Part shown: piece after piece, positions 38,210 to 53,015 of the stretch
Position numbering within the stretch: the first letter of the stretch is position 1
How the letters are laid out: the number at the start of each line of letters is the position of its first letter
Assembly: GCF_006345805.1 (NCBI RefSeq)
Contig: NC_043021.1
Coordinates: 3,472,001-3,536,000, forward strand
Direction: 5' to 3'
DNA length: 64,000 nt
Source: Octopus sinensis
Taxonomy: Eukaryota
Made by a program: the position numbers and the translations under genes
Notes under the pieces: model-generated
What the model saw: only the letters and a program-made list of their open reading frames with translations
What the model was told of the DNA's origin: nothing
Database searches by the model: none

Positions 38210-39524
38210 TCCAGTTTTTAACTGGTCCCTATTTTATCAACCCCAAAAGGATGAAAGGCAAAGCTGGTTCCGGCAGCATTTGAACTCAGAACATAAAGAC
38301 AGATGAAATGACACTAAGCATTTTACCCAGTGTGCCAACAATTCTGCCGGCTCACTGCCTTAAGTCTTGGCATAAGATATTGGTATGAATACTGTTCCTT
38401 GGTTTGCTGTCACCTTTGTGGCACTGGTCAGTGTAGAGGTGGTATGAAACAACATATGGTTGGGTAAGGTCTGTATGGACAAGCAGATGCTAATAAGCCT
38501 TGTAGGCCGCAAGACTATCCCAGAGTTTTAAATCATCGTAAGAGCAGAGAGGAAGACAATCAGGCTGGTTGTTTGGGGCGGAAAGTGTGGTTACTTATAG
38601 TAACTGTGTAGGACTTAAAGAGGAGAAGGAAAGGATGTAACGAAACAGAGGAGCAGATAACAGTGGGGAAAGACACCTATTTCTGTTCATTTATTTACGT
38701 GCCATCGGCACGTAAAAAGCACCCACTACTCTCATAGTGGTTGGCATTAGGAAGGGCATCCAGCTGTAGAAACTCTGCCAAATCAAGATTGGAGTCTGGT
38801 GCAGCCATCTGGTTCGCCAGCCCTCAGTCGAAATCGTCCAACCCATGCTAGCATGGAAAGCGGACGTTAAACGATGATGATGATGATGATGATGATTATT
38901 TATACTCTAAACTCTCATAATCTGGCACAAAACCACCTCCTTCGATACTACTCCCCACTCAGTTGAGGTGGGGCGGTTTTGTCTTGCAGGTTACTTGGTG
39001 ACTTCACTAATGCTGGTGCTACATTAGAACAGAACCCTGTACACTCTGTAAAGGGTTGGTGTTAGGAATGGCATCCAGTCGTAGAAACGATGCCAAATCA
39101 GACAGTAGAGCCTGGCCAGCCCCTGTCAAACCATCCAATCCTTGCTAGCATGGAAGAAGGACCATAAATGATGATCAGCATCATCATCATTGTCGTCATC
39201 AGCAACACCACCACCACCAGTGAGAGAGAGTGAAGAAGAGAAAGAGAGGAGAGAGAGAGGGTGTGAGAGAGACAGAATGAGACAGAAAGTGAGAGAGAGC
39301 AAGAGTAAGAGAAGACAAGAGAAGTGGTGACAATGTGCCAGGGCATACTCTCAAGAATGCGAATATAAACAGAATGGCAGAGGATTGCCCAGGAAGTTCA
39401 CAAAAGTGCAAAAAGTGGGGAGAGAGGGGAATGTGGTGAGTGGTGAAACACAGGTATAAGGGGCAACAGTAGGAAAGCAGGGATACAGTTGGAAAAGGGG
39501 AGCACAAGATTGAGCTGTAGGGAA

Positions 39525-39579
<55 letters not shown>

Positions 39580-42008
39580 GAATGCATGATTAAAAGCCCT
39601 ATGGCCCTTTCATTCCAGGTTGTGCTTCCATACCTGGAGGTTTTTCTCCAATTCTGCATAAAGAACAAGGTCATGAATATATAGTAGTTCCTTTGAGCAG
39701 CCAGTTTAAAATTGTTTTGTTATAGCCTGGAGGACCATGATGAACAAGAGCGGACTAAGGACTGAGCCTCAATGAACCCATACTTGTACACTAAATTCAT
39801 TCCTGTACTAATGGCCAAATCCCACCCTACGGACAGCACTGCTATACAACAGGGCTTGTACAGCTCTATACTGAACCTGGAATGTATCATTTTCCTTTTA
39901 TCTTCTATTTCTTTCAGTCATTGGACTGTGGCCATCTTGGGCACCAGCTTGAAGAATTTCTTCAGTTAAATGAATCAACCCCCAATACTTTTATTGGTCT
40001 CTTTTACTGAATCATTAGGTTACAAGGATGCAAACACACCAACACCAGTTGTCAAGCGGTCAACACACACACACACACAATGGACTCCTTTTAATTTCTA
40101 TCTACCAAATCCACTCAGGTTTGGTCAGCCCAAAGCTATAGAAGTTACTTGGCCAAGGTACCATTCAGTGGGAGTGAACCCGGAACCATGTGGTTGGGAA
40201 ACAAGCTCCTTACCACTCAGCCATGCCTGCGCCCATATGTAGCTTTTTTTCTTCTTTTTATTTGTTCATAGTATAATGTTCTTGGCTCCAATCTGAAAAA
40301 CAAGGTGAAGAATACTATTGCTTGCTATACTTTGCACCACTTCACTTGGACTGTCACAAGGTGGATTGTGTGAGTGAGAGAGATGGGTTTGTATGTGTGG
40401 AAGTATGTGTGTATGTGTATGCCTGTGTGTATGAGCATGCTTGTATGTGTGTGTGTAAAAATGTGGGGCTGGGGGGGAGTCGGTGGATGGAGTTTGATAA
40501 TTTTCATTCAGTTTTCACAATCTGCTCTAGAGATAGAAAATTATCTAAGACAGAGTGGGGAAAAAGGAAGGAGAGAGAGAGAGGGAGGGAGAGAGAGAGA
40601 AGGGGTATAAAGAAAGAGTGTAAAACAGGGTGATTAAATAAAACTTTCCATTATCCATTGAAACATTGCTAAAGTCAAAGTCCAATGGAAGACCAAACGT
40701 GAGGAAAACATAAAATAAACAAAGTAACTAAACAAATGAATAGTTTTTGATTGTTGTTCTTTCTCTGTTTAAAACAGCATTGGTTGACTCAGTCACTACA
40801 CATAATGAAGCTGATAGGATGAGGTGAAGTTCTTATCATTAGACCTTGGAACCATTTATGTAGCTTTCAGTGAAATATGTTTTACTATAATAAAATGGGT
40901 CATGAAATAAATTAAAGTCAACTACAGGTAATGGATGTTATTAACAGAGGGCTTCTCTCAAAATATTGCTTACCTGGTACCATCATCATCATCATCATTG
41001 TTGTCTTCATCACCATCATTTAACGTCCACTTTCCATGCTGGCATGGGTTAGACAGTTTGAGCTGGAGAACTGCATCAGGTTCCAGTCTGATTTGGCATG
41101 GTTTCTCTATGGCTGGATGCCCATCATAACGCCAACCACAGATAATCCCAGGTCATCAAAGCTTTCTCACTTATTATATTACATATCTGAGATCCAATTG
41201 TCTGTGTGTTTACTATGTCGAGTTGATAGTGCTGGTATGGCAGTGAGGGTAAGAAGTTTGCTTTGCAGCCATGTGGTTTCAAGTTCAATCCCACTGCAAG
41301 GCACTTTGGGGCAAAAGTCTTCTAAGGTATAAAGGCTGACCAATATACCTTATGAGTGAATTTGGTTGATGGAAACTGAAAAGAAACCTGTCATACCCCC
41401 TCCCCAATACATATATGTATACACACACACACGTGTGTGTAAGGGCATATTTATATGTGAGTGTGTGTCTCCTTCCTTGTCTTGACACTAGTTGTAAACA
41501 AATATCACCATGATACACACACTATCATTTATTTGCAATCTCCATGAAATGGTCAAAACGAGGATAAAATATCACCTTTCTTAGAAACGGTTGAGGATTA
41601 GTGATGTGTATAGGGAGTCTTTTTTTTTTTTTTGGTGTATGATATTTGCTGCGAAGATTTTAAAGTTTAATACTCAGAAATTTTGTATGAAATATGTTGG
41701 GCCATGTTGTGTAATGTTTGAAAGTATTTTATTTTGACGGTTGGGAAATGTTGTTTGATGACTGTTGAGAAATATTGTATGATTATATATTATGAAGAGT
41801 TTTGTGATGTATGTTGCGAAATGATGGATTTATTCCATCATCTGCCAATACTTGAAGTCACAAGTTTTTAGACAACTAGTCAAAAACATCAATGATTGAT
41901 GTCCTAGCACTAACACAGCTTAATGTCCTCGGCCAAGTCATTCAACCAGTCTGCTTAAGCTGTCATGTAGTCAAGTCAGTAAAGTAAAGCTAAGTATTGG
42001 GTATGGCT

Positions 42009-42236
42009 TTAACCCTTTCATTACCGCATTTATTTTGAGATGCCCTGTGTTTCTTTGAATTACTTTAAATATAACAAAGAATTTAGTAAAATAACTTTGT
42101 TATCATTAAGCTAGTGTTAGGAACATAAATTGTGGCTGAGGTTTGATGGAAGATTTTAATTCAGAACTTATGAAAACAAGACATTTGTACTCAGAGCCAG
42201 AGCCGGTTTCAGCCGGGTTGGTAACGAAAGGGTTAA
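42009..42236. mobile_element. piggyBac MITE family 1
   Basis: TTAACCCTTTC...CGAAAGGGTTAA termini. Confidence 0.85.
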
Positions 42237-45200
42237 ACTGAATTCAGTTGTGGGGTCCCGGTTTGGAAGTTCCAAGGTTTGAGGAGTGTAGAACCACCTC
42301 TAGTTCCTGGATCTAATCCGACCTAGAGTAGTAGCACCTATCAGGGTCCCAGCAATGAGTCAATTAGCATATCAGGGCTTGCCTACTAATGACATGTGAA
42401 GACTAGATCCAGCAGACTTCACAGAAGAAGCCTTCATGTTGCAATGGAGGTGATGGTAGTTGCAACAATATATTGTGGTGAGCAGAGAACACGATGAGGC
42501 AAGACATCTTGTTCATCCCCAGCATCCATCTCCATCTTCACTTGTCTTGACCTAGTGTTGCCACTGGGTTGAAGATGGTCACAGATGGGAAAGTGAGGTT
42601 GATGGTATGTAACACTTCTATCCTTTAAAGTCACTGAGAAAGTCATTTGTCATCCTTAAGGATGTCTAGCAGCCAAACACGAAGGTAAAGCTTACTTCTT
42701 CAGGGAGAAGGGGTTTATATTTTGTTAGCTGAGGTCAACCTTTCTTTTCATCCTTCACAAATCAATAAAGTACCAGTCTAAAGCAATGAATTGGTAGAAC
42801 CATTAGATCATTGGACAAGTTATCTTGCAGGGTTTTTTGTGCATTCAGACTAGGTCTTCAGTATAAGGCTATACCTTCCTCTCTACCTTTCACTGGTTTT
42901 GAAGGCCCTGTGTAAGGCCATAGGAACAGCCCTTCCTAGAGACTAAGCAATAAGAAAAGAAGCTGGTGAAGATAATAGGATCCTGAATATTCTGAAAATG
43001 TTTCACCAAATGTCATGAAGTTTTTATGCCACAAAAAAACCATTCTTTTTAATTGTTGTTGAGTTTATGCTTGTTTCGGAAAATTTTTCCTGAATTTCTC
43101 CAGAGTGCAGTTTGGCCTTTATCAGTTCCATAATTGGTTTGTCTTTCTATGAATTTTTATAGAGTTACTATGTTTTGTTTTCTTTAAGAGTTTCAAACCA
43201 GCTTGTTCCTTAATTTGGATGTTCTTGAAGGTGGGGTACTGGTGATCAAACTGGAAAATGTCTTTGGGGACATTCAAAGAATTAACAGTGAAGAAGATAG
43301 ACATATTGATTTATTAATTGACCCTGTCACAAGGTCCATTTTCCTTTCTAATTTTCAAAAGAATTTCATCACTGAAATTTACTTTCAGTGTAATCATCAT
43401 CATCATCGTTTAACGTCCGTTTTCCATAGTACCATGGGTTGGACGGTTCAACTGGGGTCTGGGAACCCAGAAGGCTGCGCCAGGCCCAGTCTGATCTGGC
43501 AGTGTTTCTACAGCTGGATGCCCTTCCTAATGCCAACCACTCCGAGAGTGTAATGGGTGCTTTTTATGTGCCACCTGCACAGGTGCCAGACGAGGCTGGC
43601 AAACGGCCACGATCGGATTGGTGCTTTTTACGTGCCACAACAATTCTTCCGTGTCACTTTAACGTGTTAACTCTAACCTCTGCCTTAAACCTGAACGTTA
43701 ACTATAACCATAACAGTAACCCTTATTAGGTAATTTCACAGCATAGACTATGCATACTGCAGTAGATCACATGCTAAAGTAGCACCAATTTTTTTAAGTC
43801 ACCTAAGCTGCTACAATTTAGTTCTTACGTAAGTAAATTAATGGTAGCATGCAGTAGTCTTTTACCTAGACACTCAACAAAATGCCTGCATTGCACTGGA
43901 AATTACAAAATGGGAGTTGGTATATCGATAGTTATGTCCACTCAACCAGTTCGCCTTTGATATGGGATATTTTCTTGAAGGCCAAAATGTGAGGAAATAT
44001 GTTTTTAATTCTCTGGCGGTGGAGAGGAAAACAAAGCTCAATACTTGAATACATTTAGTTTGGTGAGCTGTAGTTTTATTCAGTTTTCATGCCTCTGAAA
44101 GGCTTGGAATATTGATAAAACAAAAATAAACCAGCAAAAGTTTTAATAAAGAAATTAATCCAGGGCATAAGAAATTTAGGTGTATCTACATGTAAACTTT
44201 TAAATGCGCTCTCACAATAACAGCACCTTTGTAATAATAGCTGGATTACGACTTGAATTGGAATTTCTCTCATCCAGTTACCAAAACCATTTCAACCTCA
44301 ATGAAGGACAGGCACGAGACCTGAGAGGGATGGTGAAAGAAAATACGAACACTTCAATTTCACCTCAAAGGTATGCAAGACGGAATTTTGAAAAAATTGT
44401 ATTGTAATAGTGCCGGTATCTAGAAGGTATTCATTTACATTCCAGTCTTTTATAGAATCGTTGTTATTAAATTGTTTGGATGTTAAATGGCAGAACGCTG
44501 GTCAGAATATCTTGCGGTATTTACGTTACGTTTCTTTTCATTCTGAGTTCAAATCCCGTCGGTGTCGACCACCCCTTGCAGTTTTGTTTGATAAACTACA
44601 GGCCCTGTAATATTCAGTACCCGCTTCCAAAGTTTATTTAACCTTGTGTTGGTTGTTATGAGAAATCATAAAAGGATGAGTAACGGAAAAGTGTTCTGGA
44701 CAAAATGCGTTACGACTCGAAATTTTGATTCTCAGTTTTCGATGAACGTTCTTTGAAAAAGCATAACCGTCGCAACTTCCCATTTGTCCCACCCACAAAA
44801 AAAAGCGAGACCTTGTGCCTCTATTATAACTATTTCTATAATGTCAGGGGAAAAAAAAAATCAAATGTTTTGTTTAAAAAAAATGTTGAGACATCTATTA
44901 CTGTATATTGGAAAGAGTTTTATTATTTTGAAAGAATTCCATTTTTTTCTTTATTAAAAGGTACATGGAAAATAGATATGTATGCATTTTAAATATAGGT
45001 AATCCGTTACGGTATATTCAACAATATTTAGGGACAATTTTATTTCTAATCTGATGGTTGGAAAATGAATTTAGGTTTTAGACGCTAACAGATCCAATGA
45101 GAAATCAAATAAAGAAGATTTAGAAGAAAAAAAAATTTACTAATTAATCCATTAATAAGAAGAGCAATCGCAATATGTTGCTATTAAAATGAAAAGAAAA

Positions 45201-45706
45201 ATATAAATGCACAGATTGAATGAAAATCCAGATATGAATAAGTATATATAGGTATATAAGTAAAAAAAGATTATTTCATTAGTATAGGAAAGTGTATAAA
45301 AGTCTAGTAAACTAATCTCTGAACACATGTGGAGAGTTTGAAGGTCATAAATTTGTTATAGGTAACGATGCAAAAATTAAAGGTAAGGATTAAGTTTTAC
45401 AGGTAAGAAAGTCAGGTAGTAATTTTAGTGGATGAGATTCATCAACAGGTTTCATACTGCTTAATGTTGTCAGTGACCAGATCGCAGTTTCGATCGACGG
45501 AATGTTTGATTCTATATTACAAATAATTAAATGTTGTTTTAAGTGAAGTTAAATCTTTGTAGGTCTTTTTTTTTTGGTTTGAATGAATGGCTAAACATGT
45601 GTCTTCCTTCCAGGCCAGAATCGGTTTCGGTTCCAACCACACGGGTCTCGGATAAGAAATGACTTGCCTTGGCAAGTTACAACTTCGTAGACTGTATATA
45701 TATATA

Positions 45707-46036
45707 TAAGGTTGTCCCAAAAGTTCGTAGAAAGTCTTGGAAAATAATGGTCTTTATTTTGAGGAATAATTTTTGTTGTTTTTTGTTAGTACTTGGCGAG
45801 TAAAGAATTCAATTTTCGCAAGTGTTTACGAACTTTTGGGACAACCTAATATTTATATATATTTATATATATATATATTTTTGGTATTTAATTAATTGAT
45901 GATTAATTCTAAGAAGATAACGAAATTTTCGCAAGTGTTTACGAACTTTTGGGACAACCTAATATTTATATATATTTATATATATATATATTTTTGGTAA
46001 TAATTAATTGATGATTAATTCTAAGAAGATAACGAA
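45707..46036. mobile_element. Tc1/mariner-like MITE (45707-45850) with a 113-bp tandem duplication of its right end and flank
   Basis: AGGTTGTCCCAAAAGTTCGTA...TACGAACTTTTGGGACAACCT inverted repeats; 45811-45923 is repeated at 45924-46036. Confidence 0.8.
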
Positions 46037-46440
46037 CTGAAGAATAATTTCTTAATGTAATGTTAGAAATGGTAAAGATTCTTGTAATATTTTTATCGGC
46101 GAGTAAAAAGAGTCATGTAAAGATTCTGGTTCCGTTAATAGTGAAGTGAAAGAAAGAAGGCAGCCTCCTATAAAATTTGTTTCGGCGGTGGCAGAACCAC
46201 AACAAAACTCTTGGAAACTGCCTGAAATTCTGAGGCAAAACAAGGCCACATTTATACGCAAATAAGGCTGCTAACTATTTGAGAAAAAGTATTTCTTTGA
46301 AGAAACAAAACACTGAAATAAATAACTGTAAATTTTTTAAATAATAAATATAAAAAAAAACTGTGTAATTTATATATATTACGATTAAAAAAAAAATTTT
46401 TTTAAATATATATATATATATATATAGAAACTCAATATTT

Positions 46441-46497
<57 letters not shown>

Positions 46498-46629
46498 GAT
46501 GGTTTAGTTTTATTTATTTTTTTAAATTACATATTTTTTATCCGTTAATCAAACTAACTCAGCAGCTTTTTTTTTTTGTAATTTTATTTTATTTTATGTT
46601 ATTTTATTTATTTGTTTGTATTTTTGCTG

Positions 46630-48462
46630 AATTCTAAAACGAGACTGTTTCTTCTCCTCCTCCTCCTTCCGCCGCTGCCGCTGCTGCTGCTGCTTCTTCT
46701 TCTCCGGTTGTTTCCCCTTCTCCTCCTGCTCCTCCTCCGCTACTCGCGTGGGCAGTGTCGTCCATTAGAGACCTGTAGTAAAGACTTTGAGCTTCTTTCC
46801 CAGACACACACACACACACACACACATTCTTTTAAAGGGGAAAAACAGGAGAAAGAGAGAGAGAGACACACACAAATACCTGAGGACACACACATCCATC
46901 TAAATACATATATATACACATATATAATATATATAAATAACATATATGTGACCAACAACTTTTTTTTTTTTTGGGGATGTGTTCAGCTCTTTAAATGAAA
47001 AGAATGAATTCCTTGTGGCAGCCGTAACAAAAACTGCTTTTCTATCCCCTCCACCGATCACCAGAGAAGTTCATATGTTTCTTGCCGCCGCCAAACTGAA
47101 CTTCCCAATTCAATCAATCTCGGTTCGAACGTGTTTGAAGAAGGCACATCTCCACACATCTCTCCACCAAAATGGTAGTTTGCAGAGGAAGAAGACACCA
47201 CCTCCTCGCATCATCTTCTTGGTCTGATAATTCCTTGCTGTCTTCTGCATCCTAGGACGATTAGATTCAGGCTTTTTTTTTTTTCCCTTCTTCTTCTTCT
47301 GCCCTCCTTCCCCCCCAAGTATGAATACAGACCATGTGAATTTTGGGGGGTTTTCATTTACCCTTATTTAAAAGCTGTGGACATCTATATTCTTCTTTTT
47401 TCTTTCTTCCCTACCTTACCTTACCTTAAAAACTGGATTTTTACAAGCACTGGAGACACATTTCTCTTCATTAATTTCACACTTTATATATTGATCGTTG
47501 TTTTATTATTATTATTTCTTTTGGAATCTTTCACCTCAAGGTTGGCTGCTCTACAAGGCCCCCGAAATTCCTCCACAACACTTCTTTTTTACATACACAC
47601 ATACTACACAAAAAACAAGCCACAGAACATCTCTCCATAGCTTTTTTCTGCGATATATATATATATACTCCAAACCAAACCACAATTGCATATAATAATA
47701 ATATTTTTGCCCCCCACCTTCATCAGAGATCCTTGAAATTCACAAAACGGACAAGAAATCCTTTTATCGAAGTCCTGCCTCTGGTAAAAAAACCATTTCT
47801 TTTATTTATATTTCTCTTAAAAAAAAAAAAATGCCCCCCCCCCAAATACTTAGTATGGCGATGAATTTAAATGTCAAGCCTCTCTCTGTTCGCATTAATA
47901 AGATGCTCAGATTTTCAGTATTTAATTTGTGTTAATTACTTTGAAGACCTTAATTTCATTACAATTCTGTCCCTCCTGCATTTTCCCTGAAAACCAGATT
48001 TAACTTTTATCAATCGCAATGTCTTTCATCTCCCTCCTCAAAATCCTATATATATAATAATAATAATGCAAGAAGAAGACCTTGACTAGTTTCCTATCCA
48101 TTTTTAATACCTTCACTTAGCTTATAAAACCCACAAGATATATATATATATACATACATATATATATATATATATATAACCCCATGGTTTTTTCAGTAAA
48201 GCCTGCACAACTGGTTCCATGACCTATTAACTTTTTTTTTTCCCACCTCTTCTCTGAAGAAATAAGTCATGGTCTTCTTTCTATTTTAAGTAATTATCTC
48301 TAGGGAATCGATGTAGAAATTGGTGAAAGGGGGGACCCTCCTCTTTTAATTTCCTTTAACATTTTAGCTTAATTAACTTTAACAGTTTTCCTTTTTTCTT
48401 TTTAAAAAGCCCCCCCAAACAACCCAACAACCCCCTGTTTTAAATCCATGTAAAGCACATGC

Positions 48463-48528
<66 letters not shown>

Positions 48529-48737
48529 GCATACGGTTAGATAAGAATTTAATCTAGTTGTATGTACACACGTGTACACAAACCAACAGTCTTTAAAAAT
48601 CTGTCTGTCTCTACTCTATATATATATATTTCTGTATATTTCCCTCTTTCACGTTCAAGATTGCTGAATTTGTGAATTTGATTCTGGAATTCCTCAACCG
48701 AACCCCCCCAAAATGAAGTTTATTCGATGTAATAAAG
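46630..48737 (+). promoter_or_regulatory. Candidate promoter / long first exon of an unidentified gene
   Basis: T-tract followed by a CCT/CCG/CTG-rich segment within a SINE-poor, CpG-retaining zone. Ends CAAA-ATG AAG TTT ATT CGA TGT AAT AAA G|GTGAGA (ATG at 48713, donor at 48738). Confidence 0.35.
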
Positions 48738-49034
48738 GTGAGATTTTTTTTGATTTTTTTTTTTTTCTATTTTTCATTTACCTTTTTCTTTTTTTTTTTG
48801 GCAATTTTTAACACATGGACTTGTAAAGCCAAAATTAATTGGATTTGAATTATTTTTTTTTTCGTTGATGATGATGATGAATGATTCAAGTTGGTGTTTT
48901 TTTTTTTTTTGTGTGAAAATGCCGAAAAAAGCCTAAATGTGATCACGTGTGCCAAGCGTGTCAATGTCAGTTTTTAGTATCTTTGGTTTTGGCCGATTAT
49001 GGAAGATGTTGCTTTCTTTCTTACTCTTTCTTTT

Positions 49035-49408
49035 TCACCTCTCTCTCTCTCTCCTTCATTCCCTCCTCTGCTTTCTTTCTCTCTCTCTCTCTCTATATAT
49101 ATATATCTTTCTATCTATCTCTCTCTCTCTCTCATTCCCTCCTGCTTTCTCTCTCTCTATATATATATCTCTATCTATCTATCTTTCTCTCTCTCCTTCA
49201 TTCCCTCTCTCTATATATCTCTATCTATCTTTCTCTCTCTTTCCTTCCCTCCTGCTTTCTTTCTCTCTCTATATATATATCTATCTATCTTTCTCTCTCT
49301 TTCTTCCTCTCTCTCTCTCTATATATATATCTATCTATCTATCTATCTATCATCTCTATATATATATCTCTATCTATCTTTCTCTCTCTCATTCCCTCCT
49401 GCTTTCTT

Positions 49409-49439
<31 letters not shown>

Positions 49440-49512
49440 CTCTATCTATCTTTCTCTCTCTCTCATTCCCTCCTGCTTTCTTTCTCTCTCTATCTATCTA
49501 TCTCTCTCTCTG
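49035..49512. repeat. TC/TA/TATC compound microsatellite with a higher-order unit
   Basis: TTCCCTCCTGCTTTCT recurs at about 49135, 49244, 49392 and 49466. Confidence 0.85.
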
Positions 49513-50085
49513 CTGTTGCTTTATGTCCCACCGATTGTCCTTATCACATTAAGTTTTAAAAGAAAAGAAAAGTAGAAAGACACCCACTCCTCTACACAAA
49601 CTCGCTAACAACTTTTATATCACTTGTTTTGTTGTTTCTTTCTTTTTCTGTTTGTTTGTTTGTTTGTGTTATTTGTTTCTTAATTTTCTTTCTGATTCTT
49701 CGTTTTTTTTTTTTTTCTTTTCTGGCTGTTTTTTTTTTTGAATCACGTGGAGGACTTATTTTGTGGATTTGTGGTAGAAAAAAAAAAGAAAAAAGAAAGC
49801 AAATACTTACTACTAACTAACAACCTATATAAACTCTCTCTGTCTGTCTGTCTCTCTCTCTCTCTCTGTGTCTATCGTTCAGTCTGGAGTACCTACATGT
49901 GAACGAGTACACTTATACTCGTTTGCACGCGTACTCTCATACTTGGGAAAAGAAATCGCTTTCTTGCGTCCATTAATTGAAAAGGATTCATCTGTGGGTG
50001 GGATCGTAGCATTTTGCCACTTGCTATAAAGTCTTATCTCATAAGATATGTGTGTCTGTGTGAATGTCTATATATACATATATAC

Positions 50086-50123
<38 letters not shown>

Positions 50124-50610
50124 GCACACCTTATATAACCTTTCCCGTTATCCTTGTTTGAGCTCGCCTATCAATTGTTAATTAGGTGTTTTAAGTCATA
50201 TATAGGCGATGAAAGATTGCCCATATATATATGTATATATATACATATATATATTAGAGATTTGCTCCATCTCGGTCAGGCTTACTACGAACGACTGCAT
50301 TCCATGTTTCTCTCTGCACACAACTTCTAAATTAACATCTCCTGAAAGTCAAAGCTCAAACTTTCTCGTGGCTTTTTTTCTTAAAGCATGGACTCGAAAA
50401 AAAATAGGATATCTACTCTATGCTTGAAAGACTTTTTAGTTTTCTGCCATCCTTTAGTAATTGACATTGACCACATCGATTGCTATTTTTTTTTTTACTA
50501 TCAATGATTTCGAATTAAAACGATCGATCGATTCGTTATAAATCCCAATTAATCGGTTTTAAAGCTCCGTAACATTGATATTCGTTACAAGTTCTGTGTC
50601 TCTCTCCCAG

Positions 50611-50634
50611 GCATCGTGGATTCATTCAAGAGTT
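50611..50634 (+). CDS. Candidate 24-nt microexon
   Basis: TCTCTCTCCCAG|GCATCGTGGATTCATTCAAGAGTT|GTAAGT; in frame with 48713-48737, giving MKFIRCNKGIVDSFKS. Confidence 0.3.
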
Positions 50635-51353
50635 GTAAGTAAACTCTTACGGTTTCGAATCTCCTTTGGGTTTTTTTTTCCCTTCCTTATTCCTTATTCC
50701 CCTCGGTCGCTAAATAATTGCTAACAAGAAACACGAAAGTCCAGAAAAGGGAAAATTAATATTTTTGAAGAGAGCAAAAAAAAAAAAAAATTAGATTCGA
50801 GCAAAATTCTGTTAATTATTCTTTGACCTTGTTATATTTTGTATGTAAATTCATGGAAGGTATTAAACCGTTCATCTAACCCGAAACGGAATTTATGCAA
50901 TAAATATTTCCATTTATATTACATAAACTCCGTCTTGAAGTTTTGAATTAAGACATTCGATTCGGTAGAGATGTAGTTTTAGTCTTCATAACGCTCTTCG
51001 AAAGTAACTTAGCCTTTTTTTCTTTTGATATATTAGGTTTCCAGTTTACATTAAATGATGATTGCCGACATTTTTTAACTGCTCTCTGTAAATATTTTAA
51101 TACAATCCCCTCTTTTAAATGAGATTTTTTATTTTTTAGCTGTTCATATATATAATCATTAGCAGTATTACTTTACGCGTTTATATATTAGAAGACTGGA
51201 TTTTCTGACCGTAACCAAATTCCACCTATGATATTTTTCTAAAATGCCGGCTTCTACATCTACATATATATCCATACACTGAATCCGATTTCTTCTAATT
51301 AGAAATCAACTTATTATTCAACTCCAACTGGATATACATACATACATGCATGC

Positions 51354-51396
<43 letters not shown>

Positions 51397-52781
51397 AAAC
51401 ACACACACACACACACGTATATATATATATATATAACCTCATTAAATAATGGAGGATTGAAATTACATGTACCACTGAATTTACAACTAGAGATATTTCA
51501 AGAAAAGAAAGACAGATGTACTGGGAAATTGAGAAACGAGATGGTAGGGTGTTTTGTGTGTTTAGTGCATTTCGTGAACAGTAAGCCATTCTGTTAACTT
51601 AAAACTATACAAATGGCGTTGAGAATGTATGGATGTCTTCAAAGCTACCATTGAAGGCAAAATTCTATCCGAAATATCTTAGAAATACGGCGATACTACA
51701 GATTTAGAACCCATCTATGAAGATTATAAAAATTTTGTTATATACATATATATTATATGTATATATATGTGTGTGTGTGTGTGCATATGTCTATATATAG
51801 ATGTGTGTATGTATATATATAGACGGTATTTGATAAAATTCCTCGTGGTATTTGCCTCAGCTCTATGCACCGGAGTTCAAATCTCGTTGCAATCAATTTT
51901 CCCTTTTCATTCTTTCAGGGTGAATAAAAAAAAATGTGATTCAAGGGAGGTTGATTGGCTAGGGAAGATTGCCTTGCAGTATCAATTCCTACTCTCTATC
52001 CGTGCCCGTCCAAGTTGACAGCCTTTCCTTTCGATAAATAAAGGTAGCACGGAGAAGTGAGATTTGCATGTTAGCAAAAAAATCTTACTTTAACCTGTGC
52101 ATACATGTGTAGAGGCATGGCCAATCTTGACTAAATGAGGTTTCATTTGAGTTAGTGTGTGTCATCATCGTCATCACTTAACCTCTGTTTTCCATGCTAG
52201 CATGAGTTGGACGGTTTGACAAGAACTGGCAGGGCCAGGAGTTGCACCAAGCTCCAGTCTGTTTTAGCTTGGTTTCTGTGGCTGGATGCCTTTCCTAACA
52301 CCAACCATTTTACGGTGTACTCAGTGTTTTTTACGTGGCACCTTCGTTTTAGGATCTCTGTATGTGTATGTATTTATATATAATCATCGCTATTTAACGT
52401 CCACATTTCCATGCTTGCATTGGTCAGACACTATTTGTTGATTTACTGTGGCGGGATGCTCTTCCTATCATCAACCTTCACCTGTTCCCAAGCAAGGTAA
52501 TATTTCTTATGCCCAGATATGGAAGATTGGAAATAAACAACTTAGCCTGTATGATGGCGATGCTTGCTTACAATAATCACGTGGTGTTAAGACAAGGGTA
52601 TACACACACACATTAAGTATGATGGGCTTCTTTCACTATCCAAAATCCACCCCAACAGCTTTGGCTAGCCTGGGGTTATAGAAGACACTTACCCAAGGTG
52701 CTGTGCAGTGGAATTGAACATGAGACAAGGTTGGGGAGCAAGCTTCTTAACCGCACAGCCGTGTGTGCATGTATGTATATC

Positions 52782-53015
52782 TATTTCTTTACTACCCACA
52801 AGGGGCTAAACACAGAGGGGACGAACAAGGACAGACATAGGTATTAAGTCGATTATATCGACCCCAGTGCGTAACTGGTACTTATTTAATCGACCCCGAA
52901 AGGATGAAAGGCAAAGTCGACCTCAGCAGAATTTGAACTCAGAACGTAGCGGCAGACGAAATACAGCTACGCATTTTCGCCCCTGCGTGCTAACGTTTCT
53001 GCCAGCTTGCCGTCT
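52782..53015 (-). mobile_element. Family C-related SINE with an alternative tail
   Basis: CTGGTACTTATTTAATCGACCCCGAAAGGATGAAAGGC (Meta-like domain, reversed) with a different 3' end. Confidence 0.75.

Noticed and set aside
46105-46265. Short open frame (..KERRQPPIKFVSAVAEPQQ..)
   Set aside because: No start codon or clear splice sites, and no recognisable homology.
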